A stretch of 64,000 nucleotides of DNA, taken from the NCBI GenBank assembly GCA_965209055.1, contig OZ242374.1:1-64000 (forward strand). The letters run 5' to 3'. Shown piece after piece: positions 51,136 through 64,000 of this stretch. The DNA comes from Acidobacteriota bacterium. GTDB lineage: Bacteria; Acidobacteriota; UBA6911; RPQK01; JAJDTT01. The position numbers were made by a program, and so were the translations under genes. The notes under the pieces were generated by a model that was not told where the DNA came from, did no database searches, and saw only the letters and a program-made list of their open reading frames with translations. The stretch's first letter is position 1. The number at the start of each line of letters is the position of its first letter.

Positions 51136-52260
51136 TTGTCGCTGAGAGCATCCCGGACGAATGGAGAGCCGCCTGCCGTGAGCCGGATTCACGAACTCGA
51201 CGCTCTGCGCGCCGTTGCCATGCTGCTCGTCGTCTTGTTGCACGCGTTGTGTTTCCTGATGCCCTTCTCGGACTTCTGGCCGGGGAAACATGTCTACGCC
51301 GAGGACACGGAACCTCATTACAACCCTTACGTCTACCTGTTCAGCGCCCTGGCCGGAGTTCTCATGCCGCTGTTTTTCATCCTGAGCGGATATTTCACCG
51401 CCATGCAATGGCGGCGCCGGGGGTTGGCGCAGATGGTCAGGGCCCGCTTGAGGTACGTCGGACTGCCGCTGCTGCTGGCAATGGTCACCGTCATCCCCCT
51501 CACTCATTGGGCATTCACCGAAGGGGAAAACGACCCGATCGCCTGGCCGGAGCACTTCTACCATCTCTGGTTTCTCTGGCACCTGTTGCTGATCGTCGGA
51601 GCTTTCGGCACCGCCGCCAGGCTGGGCTTGCGGTTCCGGCATCCCAGCTGGTGGGTGCTCGTCCCTGCGGCCATCGTGCCGCAGTATTTCATGCGCCAGA
51701 TCGTGGGCGCCGACGTCTCCGGCGGATTCCTGCCCGAGCTTCCGATCATCGTTTACTACCTCGTCTTCTTCCTGGCCGGCGTTCTGCTCCATCAGCGGAG
51801 CGTCCCGGTGCGCCGGTGGTGGTCCTCAGGGCTCCCGATGGCGCTGCCGCTGCTGGCGCTGGCGCTGGTGTTTCTCTATCCCGGGAGAATCGGCTTCGTG
51901 GATCCGAAAACGGCCTGGGTGCCGGCGGGAGCGGCAGTGTTTCAGGTTGCGTACACCTGGATGGCCTGCTTTGGCCTGATGGGACTGTTCCGGCGGGTTG
52001 CGGCCCGGGAGCGATCCTGGGTGCGGTATGTCTCGGACGCCTCCTACTGGATCTACGTCATGCATCTGCCGCTGGTGGTCTGGGGCCAGCGGCTGGCCGC
52101 GGAGAAGTCCCTCAATCCACACCTGGCGTTCGTGTCGATCTGCGTCGCCGTAACGGGTCTGCTGCTGGCGGTCTATGCGTGGGCAGTTCGATACACCTGG
52201 GTCGGGACCCTCCTGAACGGCAAGCGAGTCCGCGTTCGCCCCGTGCTTTCAGACGGGTGA
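51136..52260 (+). CDS. Acyltransferase family 3 (OpgC/MdoC-like) membrane protein
   Basis: LDALRAVAMLLVVLLH, MPLFFILSGYF, YHLWFL, SDASYWIYVMH. Confidence 0.88.
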   Translation: MSLRASRTNGEPPAVSRIHELDALRAVAMLLVVLLHALCFLMPFSDFWPGKHVYAEDTEPHYNPYVYLFSALAGVLMPLFFILSGYFTAMQWRRRGLAQMVRARLRYVGLPLLLAMVTVIPLTHWAFTEGENDPIAWPEHFYHLWFLWHLLLIVGAFGTAARLGLRFRHPSWWVLVPAAIVPQYFMRQIVGADVSGGFLPELPIIVYYLVFFLAGVLLHQRSVPVRRWWSSGLPMALPLLALALVFLYPGRIGFVDPKTAWVPAGAAVFQVAYTWMACFGLMGLFRRVAARERSWVRYVSDASYWIYVMHLPLVVWGQRLAAEKSLNPHLAFVSICVAVTGLLLAVYAWAVRYTWVGTLLNGKRVRVRPVLSDG

Positions 52261-53865
52261 CCTCTTCAGAAAGAGGGTGATGGCCACGGCGCCCGCCATG
52301 ACTGCGGCGCTGACCGTAAACACGTCTCCAACCGCTGCCGCCAACGCGGAATTCAGGTCGCTGAGAAGCGCGTCCGCCATCGCCACAGTGTCGGCACCGG
52401 CGCCGGAGAATCCGGATCTCAGTTCGTCGATGGCGGACGGATCGATCAGCGCCCGCGGGTTGTCCGTTATGGCGTCAAGCCGTCCGGGAGGGAGAGCGGC
52501 TCTTGTGGTGGCCGAAACCGTCTCTTCCACCCGCAGCGAGAACCTGTGCCTCAACAAGGCGCCCAGCAGGGCGAGACCCGTCGTCCCGCCGATCAGCCTG
52601 AAGAAATGTAGCGCCGAGGTGGCGGTTCCCATGACCCGGGTCGAAACCGAATTCTGCACCGCCACCGCAAAGGTGGCCAGCGTTCCTCCCACGCCGAGCC
52701 CCATGATCACGATGTATCCCACTGCGGCGCCGAAGCTGGTGCTCCCGGTCATGGCAGAGATGAGAATCATGCCGACGGCCATGCAGCCTGTGGTGGCCAG
52801 CCCCTGCCTCCGGTATTGACCGCCGGATCGGGAAAGCCGCCTGCCCGCCAGAATGGAGCCGACGACGATTCCCAGCAACATGGGGGTCAAAAAGCCGCCG
52901 CTTCCCGTCGCGGAAGCGCCCAGGACAGCCTGGAAGAACAGCGGCAGAAAAATGATGCTCCCGTACAGCCCGAACCCGGTCACGAATGCGACGAGCGCCG
53001 AGATGGATACCATCCGGTTTCTGTAGATTTCCAGGGGCATGATGGGGGAATCGGACCTGGATTCCACGACCAGGAAAAACCCGGCCGTCGCCAACCCGAA
53101 GCCCAGGAGGCCCATGACCTGCGGTGACACCCAATCGTACTGATTTCCTGCCCACGACAACGCCAGCATCACGGGCACTACGGAAAGCACCAGAGCCATC
53201 ATCCCCGCGTAGTCCAGCTTACGTTCTCCGGCCTCGGGACTGATGTTGGGGAAGGTGCGCATGACCAGCAGGAGCACTGGAATCCCGGCAGGAAGATTGA
53301 TCAGGAAGACCCAGTTCCAGGAGAGTTGATCCGTGATGAAGCCCCCCAGCCCCGGCCCGATGACCGAGGCCATGCCGAACACCAGGGCGATCAGTCCCTG
53401 AAACCTGCCCCGTTTCCGGGGCGGAAAAAGATCCGGGATGGAACGGAGGCTCATGGTCATGAGGATTCCGCCGCCGATACCCTGAAAGGCCCGGGCAGCG
53501 ATGAGCTGATTCATCGACTGGCTGAATCCGGCCGCTACGGAGCCGACGATGAATACGACGAGTCCCAGGACGAGGAATCCCTTGCGCGCGTAAATGTCGG
53601 TGAGTCTCCCGGCGATGGGGATGGCCACCGTGGACGCGATGAGATAGGCGGCCGCCACCCACGTGTAGCGGTCGAATCCACCCAGATCGGCGACGATGCG
53701 CGGCATGGCCGTGGCCACGACGGTCTGGCTCACCATGGCCAGAAATACCGCGGACATCACCCCCAGCATCGTCAGCACGATCTGTCTTCTGGGAAGCTGT
53801 ACGAAATCCCGCTCCGCCGACTGATCGGTGCTGTTCCGCTTTTCCGTACCGGACACGTGGTTCAT
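52249..53865 (-). CDS. MFS DHA2 (EmrB/QacA) efflux transporter
   Basis: TVVATAMPRI, GRLTDIYARK, ARAFQGIGGG, WNWVFLINLP; about 14 TM helices. Confidence 0.9.
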   Translation of the reverse strand: MNHVSGTEKRNSTDQSAERDFVQLPRRQIVLTMLGVMSAVFLAMVSQTVVATAMPRIVADLGGFDRYTWVAAAYLIASTVAIPIAGRLTDIYARKGFLVLGLVVFIVGSVAAGFSQSMNQLIAARAFQGIGGGILMTMSLRSIPDLFPPRKRGRFQGLIALVFGMASVIGPGLGGFITDQLSWNWVFLINLPAGIPVLLLVMRTFPNISPEAGERKLDYAGMMALVLSVVPVMLALSWAGNQYDWVSPQVMGLLGFGLATAGFFLVVESRSDSPIMPLEIYRNRMVSISALVAFVTGFGLYGSIIFLPLFFQAVLGASATGSGGFLTPMLLGIVVGSILAGRRLSRSGGQYRRQGLATTGCMAVGMILISAMTGSTSFGAAVGYIVIMGLGVGGTLATFAVAVQNSVSTRVMGTATSALHFFRLIGGTTGLALLGALLRHRFSLRVEETVSATTRAALPPGRLDAITDNPRALIDPSAIDELRSGFSGAGADTVAMADALLSDLNSALAAAVGDVFTVSAAVMAGAVAITLFLKRSPV

Positions 53866-53915
53866 TGATTGGTCACTGGCTTTTCGTCCCATGCCGTTAT
53901 GTGCTGATCCCGGCG

Positions 53916-54755
53916 CTACATCTTCTCGGCGACGATGCCGATCATGGGCGCGGCAAACAGGAACGTGCCCGGATCCCGCTCCCGATCCCTCCACTCGGCT
54001 TCAAACGCAAGACGTTCCGATTCCGTCAATAGGCCGTTTTCAACCAACTGTGGAACGAAGTTGGAGAAGAACTGAGTCGGCCACTTCCAGAAACTTGTGC
54101 CGGGCCGGATGAACCGCACGAGCGGGACCAGGTCGACCAGACGGCAGCCCGAAGCCGCGATCAGTCCCGGCAGCCGGTCGCCGATGTTGAGATCACCGCC
54201 GTTGCTCGCAAAGCTCTCGTAGACCGCCGCGTGGACGCGTTGGAATGCCGGGCTCCGTGGCAGGAGCGCCATCCCGTCGAAGTTCAGGAAGTCCCAGGCC
54301 ACGAAGCGGCCACCGGGCCGCAGACCGTTGACGACCCGGTCGATGACCGCAGCCGGATCGGTCAGAAAGCAGAAAAGCCAGCGCACGAAGGCGCCGTCCA
54401 GCGAGGCCGGTTCCAGCCGCACCATCTCGGCCCGCTCCACCCGCGCGGTGATTTGCTTGAACCCGAGCCGTTTCGCTTCGCGGGTCAGCCTGCCGATGAA
54501 ACGCCCCGACTCGTCGACGGCGAGCACCCGGCCTCCTGCGCCGACCCGTTCTGCCAGCTCAAAGGTGGCGAATCCCGGACCGCAGCCGAGATCGAGCAGC
54601 TGTGCACCCGGCCCGAATCCCGCGCGGTCCCAGAGGTCGCGCGCTTCCCCCGCCCACAATCGGTGTTGAGTTTCCAGGCGGCTTTCCTCCGCCGCATGGG
54701 TGCCGAGCAGATACGGTTCGTTCGACTCGAGGTGCTTTCCCATTTTCTCCTTCAC
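53916..54755 (-). CDS. Class I SAM-dependent methyltransferase
   Basis: LLDLGCGPG motif I, LAVD, GLRPGG. Confidence 0.88.
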   Translation of the reverse strand: MKEKMGKHLESNEPYLLGTHAAEESRLETQHRLWAGEARDLWDRAGFGPGAQLLDLGCGPGFATFELAERVGAGGRVLAVDESGRFIGRLTREAKRLGFKQITARVERAEMVRLEPASLDGAFVRWLFCFLTDPAAVIDRVVNGLRPGGRFVAWDFLNFDGMALLPRSPAFQRVHAAVYESFASNGGDLNIGDRLPGLIAASGCRLVDLVPLVRFIRPGTSFWKWPTQFFSNFVPQLVENGLLTESERLAFEAEWRDRERDPGTFLFAAPMIGIVAEKM

Positions 54756-55046
54756 TCCGCTTTCACTGAATATTCGGCGGCTACCCCACCAATTTCAATA
54801 CCACGTTCCCGGGAACTTAAGCGTTCGGATCCAAGTTTTTCATTGCGACGTGATCCAGGTTTGCACTCGATGTTCCCGCGTCATCGGCCGCATTTCACGA
54901 GAGAACCAGACGGCCGAAGCGCAGAACATGCAGTTCGGATACAACTGCGATTTCATCGGTTTCTACTAAGACCGAGTAGCTCAGAGGATCTCGAAATGAC
55001 TTGGGATTTGGCAGGGTGAGGGCGTTGTGCTCTGGTTCGTGACCCG

Positions 55047-55271
55047 TTAGCGGCGCCTTGGAACAGGCAGCCCCGCGGATCGTCCTGCGGCGCCGAGTGC
55101 AATGTCCAGAGTCGCCAGCGGAATCAGTACTTCCATCACTCTTCGATCATCTGGACGTACCGAGAGGCCAGCGAGAGTGTGGGTCTCCTGAAACGCCTTC
55201 AGAGTCTCGATGGCAGCCCGGATTTTTCCGGCATCCCGCGGGATGTACGGAATCAACTCGGCGACCGGCCG
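55047..55271 (-). pseudogene. Degraded Phd-like antitoxin C-terminus joined to a PIN/VapC toxin C-terminal remnant
   Basis: RPVAELIPY..AAIETLKAFQETHTLAGLSVR(Q)MIEE, then PLATLDIALGAAGRSAGLP. Confidence 0.5.
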
Positions 55272-55427
55272 ATACCGCCGCCTGGGGAGACACGTCCCTG
55301 ATTTGATCCTCGCCTGCCGCATTGCGAGCGGCACTGTCCGTTTCTCCTGCGATGATGCAGAGTGTTTTTCTTGTGGGTAAAACTATCTGTAAAAATATTT
55401 ATCAATAGGGAAATGTTTCTGTAATAT

Positions 55428-56549
55428 ATGCAAATCGTGGAGCATCGATACCTGCGCGACCAAATCCAGGCGGATCTCCCCCGGAAGATGGTATTCGTCG
55501 CCGGCCCAAGGCAGGTGGGGAAGACGACATTGGGCCTTTCCCTGCCGGGCGCCCGGCAAGGCTACATGAATTGGGATGTCCCCAGGCACCGGGAATGGAT
55601 CCTTCGTCGGGAGTTACCATTCGGATCGCTCTGGTTCTTCGACGAGATCCACAAGTACCGGAGCTGGCGGAACTACCTCAAGGGGCTGTATGACGACCGG
55701 CCGGACAATCAAAGAATTCTGGTCACGGGCAGCGCTCGATTGGAGCTGTATCGCTATTCCGGAGACTCGCTGCAGGGTCGATACCACCTGCTTCGTCTGC
55801 ACCCCTTGTCAGTAGCCGAACTGGGGATCGAGTCCGCGGATGACTTCGAACAGTTGCTCATGCTGGGCGGATTTCCAGAACCGTTCTTTTCGGGTTCGGA
55901 AGTGCAGGCGCGGCGCTGGTCGCGCGAATATCGGAATCTGCTGGTTCGCGAAGAGATCAGGGAACTGGAACGGATCCAGGATCTGGGAAACCTTGAGCTG
56001 CTTGTCATGAGCCTGCCGGAACGGGTCGGTTCACTGCTGTCACTCAACGCGCTTCGCGAAGATCTGCAGGTGAGCCACAAGGCGGTCCGCAATTGGGTGG
56101 CCGCGCTGGAACGGCTCTACGCCCTGTTTCGGATCTCACCGTTCGGCAGCCCCAAGATCAGGGCGATCAAGAAGGCGCAGAAGCACTACCATTTCGATTG
56201 GTCACTGGTTCCCCAACCCGGTCCGCGGCTCGAGAACCTGGTCGCCGGGCATCTGTTGAAGTGGGTCCACTATCGCCAGGACGCCGAGGGGCTCGACATC
56301 GACCTCCAGTTTTTCCGCGATACCGATGGGCGCGAGGTGGACTTCATTGTCACCGACCGCAGGCGGCCTGTACTGGCGGTCGAATGCAAGATTTCCCAGT
56401 CGAGGCCGGACCGAAATCTTCGTTACTGGAAAAAACGGTTTCCGGAATGCGAGACGTGGTTGGTGACGGCCCAAGAGGGACGGGAATTCGTAACGGCGGA
56501 CGGAATTCGCGTTTGCCACGCACTCCGGTTTCTCAGTCGACTCATCTGA
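55428..56549 (+). CDS. AAA family ATPase (AAA_14 + DUF4143 type)
   Basis: GPRQVGKTT, FFDEIHK, VTGSA, GGFPE, ENLVA, REVDF..VECK. Confidence 0.88.
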   Translation: MQIVEHRYLRDQIQADLPRKMVFVAGPRQVGKTTLGLSLPGARQGYMNWDVPRHREWILRRELPFGSLWFFDEIHKYRSWRNYLKGLYDDRPDNQRILVTGSARLELYRYSGDSLQGRYHLLRLHPLSVAELGIESADDFEQLLMLGGFPEPFFSGSEVQARRWSREYRNLLVREEIRELERIQDLGNLELLVMSLPERVGSLLSLNALREDLQVSHKAVRNWVAALERLYALFRISPFGSPKIRAIKKAQKHYHFDWSLVPQPGPRLENLVAGHLLKWVHYRQDAEGLDIDLQFFRDTDGREVDFIVTDRRRPVLAVECKISQSRPDRNLRYWKKRFPECETWLVTAQEGREFVTADGIRVCHALRFLSRLI

Positions 56550-56633
56550 TGGGGTCGATGGGTGAAGAACCTTGCACCGTGAAGAACAAAGGCGCAATCC
56601 GCGGGGCCGCCGGGTCTTTTCGACCGTCTCCGC

Positions 56634-57896
56634 TCAACTCCGCACGAATTGGGACTGTCTCGGCGCCTGGTAACGGATCGACAGGTGGGGTGTCTCAAGG
56701 GTCTTACCGCCTTGGGCGAGTGACCGTACCCCAGCCTCGACCAACCCGGTGGTCAGCAGCGTCCGTTCCGGCGGATAGGGGGCTTCGCCGGTCAGGACCA
56801 TCTCCTCCACCTTGGACATCTGGGCCGCGAAATGAACCACGTTGGGCACCGGCGACAGGTAGAACAGCGTGGAGAGAGGCTCGGAGCGGTCCTTCAGGCG
56901 CGCGGCGAAGGTGAAGTCTTCCACCAGGCCGTTCAGCAGCAGCATCGTCCCTTTCAATCCATCGTTGTGTTGGTACCGGTACACGACCGGTTCTTTCACC
57001 CATTGCCGGATCTGCTCCGGGGTGGGGTACCGGTGGTTCATGTTTTCCGGCTGAGTCAGCTTGTGGCTGCGGCAGAGGCACGCCCGGAACAGTTCCGGGT
57101 CCCAGCCGCCGCGGCCGAAGGAACCTTTATCCATGGCATCCCAGGCGGGATCGCCCCGTAGCGCCTGGAGCCACGCGACTCCGGTCTCCCCTCCCCGGCG
57201 GCGCTCCGCCATGCACTGAATCGTCTCCAGGGCGTGGATGTCGTAGCTGTCCACCCCGCCCGAGGACACGCACATCACTTCGTCGACCTCGGCGCCATAG
57301 GGCATGTCGATGTCCGGCATTCTCCAGGTGACGGGCAAAGATGAGCCGGCCAGAAACGGAAATCCCATGGTTCGGGCCGTGTCGACCATCTCCTTGGCCC
57401 AATCCCATCTCCAGGAAAGATGTTTGTCATTGAAGACGGGCACCGTGCGCCCATCCTGCTTGAAGACCTCGACCACCTCCTTGAAGAACTCGTAGCGGGG
57501 GTAGAGCTTCTGGCCCAGTTCGTTGACCGGGTATCGACCGTGTTCGCCGATGATAAGGACCACGTCGACGGCCAATTTGTCCCCGCCGCAGCGAAGCGTC
57601 TCGGCGATTGTGGGATAAATTGGAAAACCGAACTCCCGTGCGCGGTCGCGGCTCAGGTCGTTCTCGGGCGTCTGGTCCACGTAGGCCGATACGAGCCTGA
57701 TGGGGGACTGGTGCCAACGCCCCTCCACGGGATAACCCGCAAGAAACCGTTGACCCGTGTGCCAGGCGTGAGAATAGCGCCGCCACTCGGTGGCTACCAC
57801 TGCCAGGCGCTTCGGTTTTGCATGGCCTTGTCCAAGGAGAGGAACGGCCGCCAAGCTGCCCCCGAGGGCGCCGATAAACGTGCGTCGGTGGATCAT
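56634..57896 (-). CDS. Tat-exported hypothetical protein, distantly oxidoreductase-like
   Basis: HRRTFIG Tat signal; IGEHGRYP, PVFNDKHLS, AGSSLP, YDIHALE. Confidence 0.7.
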   Translation of the reverse strand: MIHRRTFIGALGGSLAAVPLLGQGHAKPKRLAVVATEWRRYSHAWHTGQRFLAGYPVEGRWHQSPIRLVSAYVDQTPENDLSRDRAREFGFPIYPTIAETLRCGGDKLAVDVVLIIGEHGRYPVNELGQKLYPRYEFFKEVVEVFKQDGRTVPVFNDKHLSWRWDWAKEMVDTARTMGFPFLAGSSLPVTWRMPDIDMPYGAEVDEVMCVSSGGVDSYDIHALETIQCMAERRRGGETGVAWLQALRGDPAWDAMDKGSFGRGGWDPELFRACLCRSHKLTQPENMNHRYPTPEQIRQWVKEPVVYRYQHNDGLKGTMLLLNGLVEDFTFAARLKDRSEPLSTLFYLSPVPNVVHFAAQMSKVEEMVLTGEAPYPPERTLLTTGLVEAGVRSLAQGGKTLETPHLSIRYQAPRQSQFVRS

Positions 57897-57971
57897 AACG
57901 AATCTCCCTCAGTTCAATCCTGATTCGTTCCTCGAGCGGCACAACTCAAGGGCCGACCGAACGCCGGTCTG

Positions 57972-58454
57972 TCAGAAGATTCTGGAGGCGAGGAGGATGC
58001 CGACCACTCCGGCGCCTTGTACCCACAGGGCCCGGAACAGTTCGCCCCTGAGTTTGCCCATTTCGCCGCGCAATTCCGCTGCCGTCGCCGCGATTTCGGA
58101 ACGCAATGCGGCTGAATTGGCCTCCATTTCGGAGCGCAACGCTGCCGTATTGGCCTCCATTTCGGAACGCAACAACACCGAACTGGCCTTCAAGTCGGAA
58201 CGCAACGCCGCCGAACTGGCCTCCAGGTCGGAACGCAACGCCGCCGAACTGGCCTCCAGGTCGGAGCGCAACGCTGCCGTACTGGTTTCCAGGTCGGAGC
58301 GCAACGCTGCCACATTCGAGTCCAGGTCCCGTTTCGTGGCGGCGGTGTCTCGACTCTCCTGAATAGCGAAAACGATCGCCTCGGCCTGTTTGGTTGCAAT
58401 TCCGGTGGCTTCAAGTCTGCGGGCGGTGGCCAAGGAATCGAATGGAGTGCTCAT
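57972..58454 (-). CDS. DUF1640/CCDC90-like coiled-coil protein with C-terminal TM
   Basis: FDSLATARRLEATGIATKQAEAIV..ATKRDL head, repeat stalk, hydrophobic tail; GGAGA RBS. Confidence 0.8.
   Translation of the reverse strand: MSTPFDSLATARRLEATGIATKQAEAIVFAIQESRDTAATKRDLDSNVAALRSDLETSTAALRSDLEASSAALRSDLEASSAALRSDLKASSVLLRSEMEANTAALRSEMEANSAALRSEIAATAAELRGEMGKLRGELFRALWVQGAGVVGILLASRIF
58065..58312 (-). repeat. 33-bp tandem repeat (about 7 units; 11-aa AALRSDLEASS)
   Basis: Units such as tcggaacgcaacgccgccgaactggcctccagg repeat in tandem. Confidence 0.9.
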
Positions 58455-58485
58455 CTGTGTATCTCCCAAATCATGGCGGAACGGA

Positions 58486-58501
58486 GTATTGACTTCAATA
58501 C
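58486..58501. promoter_or_regulatory. Perfect inverted repeat, candidate operator
   Basis: GTATTGA-CT-TCAATAC, about 30 bp upstream of the DUF1640-like gene. Confidence 0.4.
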
Positions 58502-58839
58502 ACACAACGAGTCCGGGGGTGTTTCCATGAATGGCAAGCATTGACCTCGTGCAGGAAAGCAGGACTGCGCATCGCCCGGGAGGAATCCCCACGCCTGCAA
58601 TCGCGGCGCCGAGTGGGTGTGATTCCGGCGTCCTTCCCCGCGGAACCAGACGATTCCCGGGTTGTGGACTCGATACCTTCGACCCTCTACCATTACTGCC
58701 CGTACCAAGAGCCTCCGTGGCATCCGGATGGCGCACGAATGCGTTGGCAATCGGAAAGGGCGGCCGCGGGATTCGCTGCCGTTTCCGCTTGGTCGCGGGA
58801 CTCTGACCACGGATTGTTATCGCCGACAAGGAGAACTTC

Positions 58840-62034
<3,195 letters not shown>

Positions 62035-62070
62035 CGCCCGGCGCGCCGGGCCGGCCGCCCGGACCCGCCG

Positions 62071-64000
62071 TCACTCTCTCTTTTCCGGCCAGTTCAAGTG
62101 CTTGTGCAGGAACGAGAAGGTGCCTTGTGCGTTGATGGTGTGCGGTCCCACGAACCACTCGATCTCGACCCGGTCGGCCAAGCCCAGGCGCGCGGCGTAC
62201 AGGTGGCGCACCTTGGCGAATTCATAGCCCACCATCTCGTCGGGCGCCACGCCGTCGAAGTGTCCCCGCTCCACCATGAAGGGCCGGGGGGCGATCAGGG
62301 CCGCCATCTCCGCGTAGTTGAACGTGCTGCCCAGGTCGAACTCGAAGATTTCATACTCGCCGTGGAAGACATAGCTGTATTTGGCGCGAGACGAGGCGTT
62401 CTTCCAGACCCACTCGTTGAAGTCGGCCGAGCAGATGGAGAGGGCGTAATCGGTCAACAGGGCAGGGACCCGCATGGCCGTCTTCCCTCCATAGCTCAGG
62501 CCGTAGAAGCCGATCCGGCCGGGGTCCACCCAGGGGAGGGTCTTGAGCCAGTCCAGGATCTGCTGGTGTTGGACGGCGATGATGGAGAAGAGGGACTTCT
62601 TGAGCGGATTCGCTTTCCGTTGCAGGGTGCGGAAGCGGTCGCGGAAGATGTAGAGATTCTGAGGCGCGAAGGTGATGAAGCCCCGTTCGGCCAGCTTGGC
62701 CGTAAAGTCGTGATAGGCCCTGTGATCGCCGCGGATGGTTTCCTGGGGCCGGCCTTCGAGGCCGTGCTGGCAGACCACCACCGGCCGCCGCTCGCCGGGG
62801 ACCAGATCCTTGGGAAGAAGCAGAATCCCGTAGGCGATGACGTCGGGGTAGACGTCGAGGACCACCTCGTGCCCGGTCCAGCCGGGGGCGTCGTAGATCG
62901 GGCGGGTGCGGGGATTGAACGGCAGTCGATCGTCGTGGAACCAGCCGATGACCTCCTCCCGGAAGATCTCGCGGTAGTCCCGCGTGCTCTTCCGATAGGC
63001 TTCCAGGGAGGTGGTGTCCAGATTCTCCATGAAGGTTTGACGGACGTAGGGGCTCTCGGAGAGCAGCCACTGGTTGTGGCGGTCCATTTCGCCGACCTGG
63101 CGCTCCATGCGGACCCCGGGATCGAAAGAGTCCGGCAGGAAAGAGGGGGCAGGACCGGAGGGAGCCGGTTCGAGTCCGCTTGAGAGCGATCCAAGCAAAG
63201 AGGTCAGGGCGGGGTCGCCGCCTGCGGGACCGGCGCCCCGGGGACCACGGGTCACGAGTTGGATCCGGCCTGCGGGATTCAGTCCGGCCACGAATTCCTG
63301 GGCCCGTCGAACCTCCCGGCGAACGGTTTCGAGTGGCGGCGTGTCCAGAATCGCCGGAGCCCCACCTTCTCCGGGCAGCGTCAACTCGGGACCCCTTGCC
63401 GCTTCGACGATCAAGGAACGAGGTGCGATCATCGAGGCCAGTTCCGCGTCCCCGAACTGCTCCAGCAGCCCGAAGACGTTGCGGTCGATGGGTTGTTTCC
63501 AAATGTTGCGCCGGTCGCTGAAATACCCGCTCACCAGGGCGGCGTCGATTCGGGTGTCCAGGGCGGCCGCATAGAGCGCGAGGCCACCTCCCTCGCCATA
63601 ACCGGCAATACCGATACGGGGGTCGCCGCCTTCGGCGTCCTGTGTGAACCAGTCCACCAGGGCCAGGAGCTTCTGGATCTCGTAACCCAGCAGGTGCCGG
63701 CCCAGTTCGAAGGCGGACCGGTAGATGAACTCCCGATGCGTCAGGAGGGGACGCCCGATCCGCCTTTTCCTATCCCGGTTGATGAGGGCCGGAACCACGA
63801 CCCGGCAGCCGCTCTCGGCCAAGCGGCGCGCGAACTGGGATGCGGCAGGGACCCCGGGAATCAGGCCGGCGATCTGTTCCGGGCTCTGGTCCGCGTCCGG
63901 GACGGCGATGACGTCGGCGGCAGGCCGGCCCTGCCGGGGAACCAGGAGCAGCCCTTCTCCATGCATCTGGCCGACGGAGGGCCAGCGGATGGAGAACACA
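62071..64000 (-). CDS. Tandem alpha/beta-hydrolase (dienelactone hydrolase-like) protein, 5'-truncated by the window edge
   Basis: GYGEGG and GLSYGG nucleophile-elbow motifs, CQHGLEGRP, LIAPRP. Confidence 0.75.
   Translation of the reverse strand, partial: VFSIRWPSVGQMHGEGLLLVPRQGRPAADVIAVPDADQSPEQIAGLIPGVPAASQFARRLAESGCRVVVPALINRDRKRRIGRPLLTHREFIYRSAFELGRHLLGYEIQKLLALVDWFTQDAEGGDPRIGIAGYGEGGGLALYAAALDTRIDAALVSGYFSDRRNIWKQPIDRNVFGLLEQFGDAELASMIAPRSLIVEAARGPELTLPGEGGAPAILDTPPLETVRREVRRAQEFVAGLNPAGRIQLVTRGPRGAGPAGGDPALTSLLGSLSSGLEPAPSGPAPSFLPDSFDPGVRMERQVGEMDRHNQWLLSESPYVRQTFMENLDTTSLEAYRKSTRDYREIFREEVIGWFHDDRLPFNPRTRPIYDAPGWTGHEVVLDVYPDVIAYGILLLPKDLVPGERRPVVVCQHGLEGRPQETIRGDHRAYHDFTAKLAERGFITFAPQNLYIFRDRFRTLQRKANPLKKSLFSIIAVQHQQILDWLKTLPWVDPGRIGFYGLSYGGKTAMRVPALLTDYALSICSADFNEWVWKNASSRAKYSYVFHGEYEIFEFDLGSTFNYAEMAALIAPRPFMVERGHFDGVAPDEMVGYEFAKVRHLYAARLGLADRVEIEWFVGPHTINAQGTFSFLHKHLNWPEKRE

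Overview
High-GC bacterial chromosomal window. The gene set and order (tilS-ftsH-folP-cdaA-cdaR-glmM-mfd-two PPIases, tatAC, ctpA, mltD) suggest Acidobacteriota, possibly host-associated; this is inference only. (1) About 1-15 kb is an accessory region between carD and hemL. It holds a secreted MORN-like repeat protein, a large Calx-beta/FN3/PKD/cadherin autotransporter-like adhesin broken by one in-frame TAA, and an integrase-free island. The island lies between two 742-bp near-identical copies of the 3' half of hemL that end in different C-terminal tails. It carries higBA, an internally deleted IS4-family element (9-bp TSD GCTCCTGAC) with a nested IS3-family element, a stand-alone HsdR_N-type nuclease, and a voltage-gated-type channel with a non-canonical filter (TTMGYEE). 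(2) About 15-37 kb is core: hemL, hemB, tRNA-Met, a SAM-I riboswitch-controlled threonine-synthase-like gene, and the tilS...mltD block. (3) About 37-64 kb is a metabolic/transport region: atypical ackA, a phosphate acyltransferase, a LeuA-family enzyme, a DUF2157/GDYXXLXY pair, an oxidoreductase, two Nramp-like transporters, a lactonase, MBL, EamA, SDR, acyltransferase, MFS, methyltransferase, a toxin-antitoxin relic, an AAA ATPase, a DUF1640-like repeat protein, a VPS10/BNR protein and a partial alpha/beta hydrolase. No CRISPR array, rRNA, integrase or reverse transcriptase was seen. All family calls come from motif recognition by eye, not database searches.
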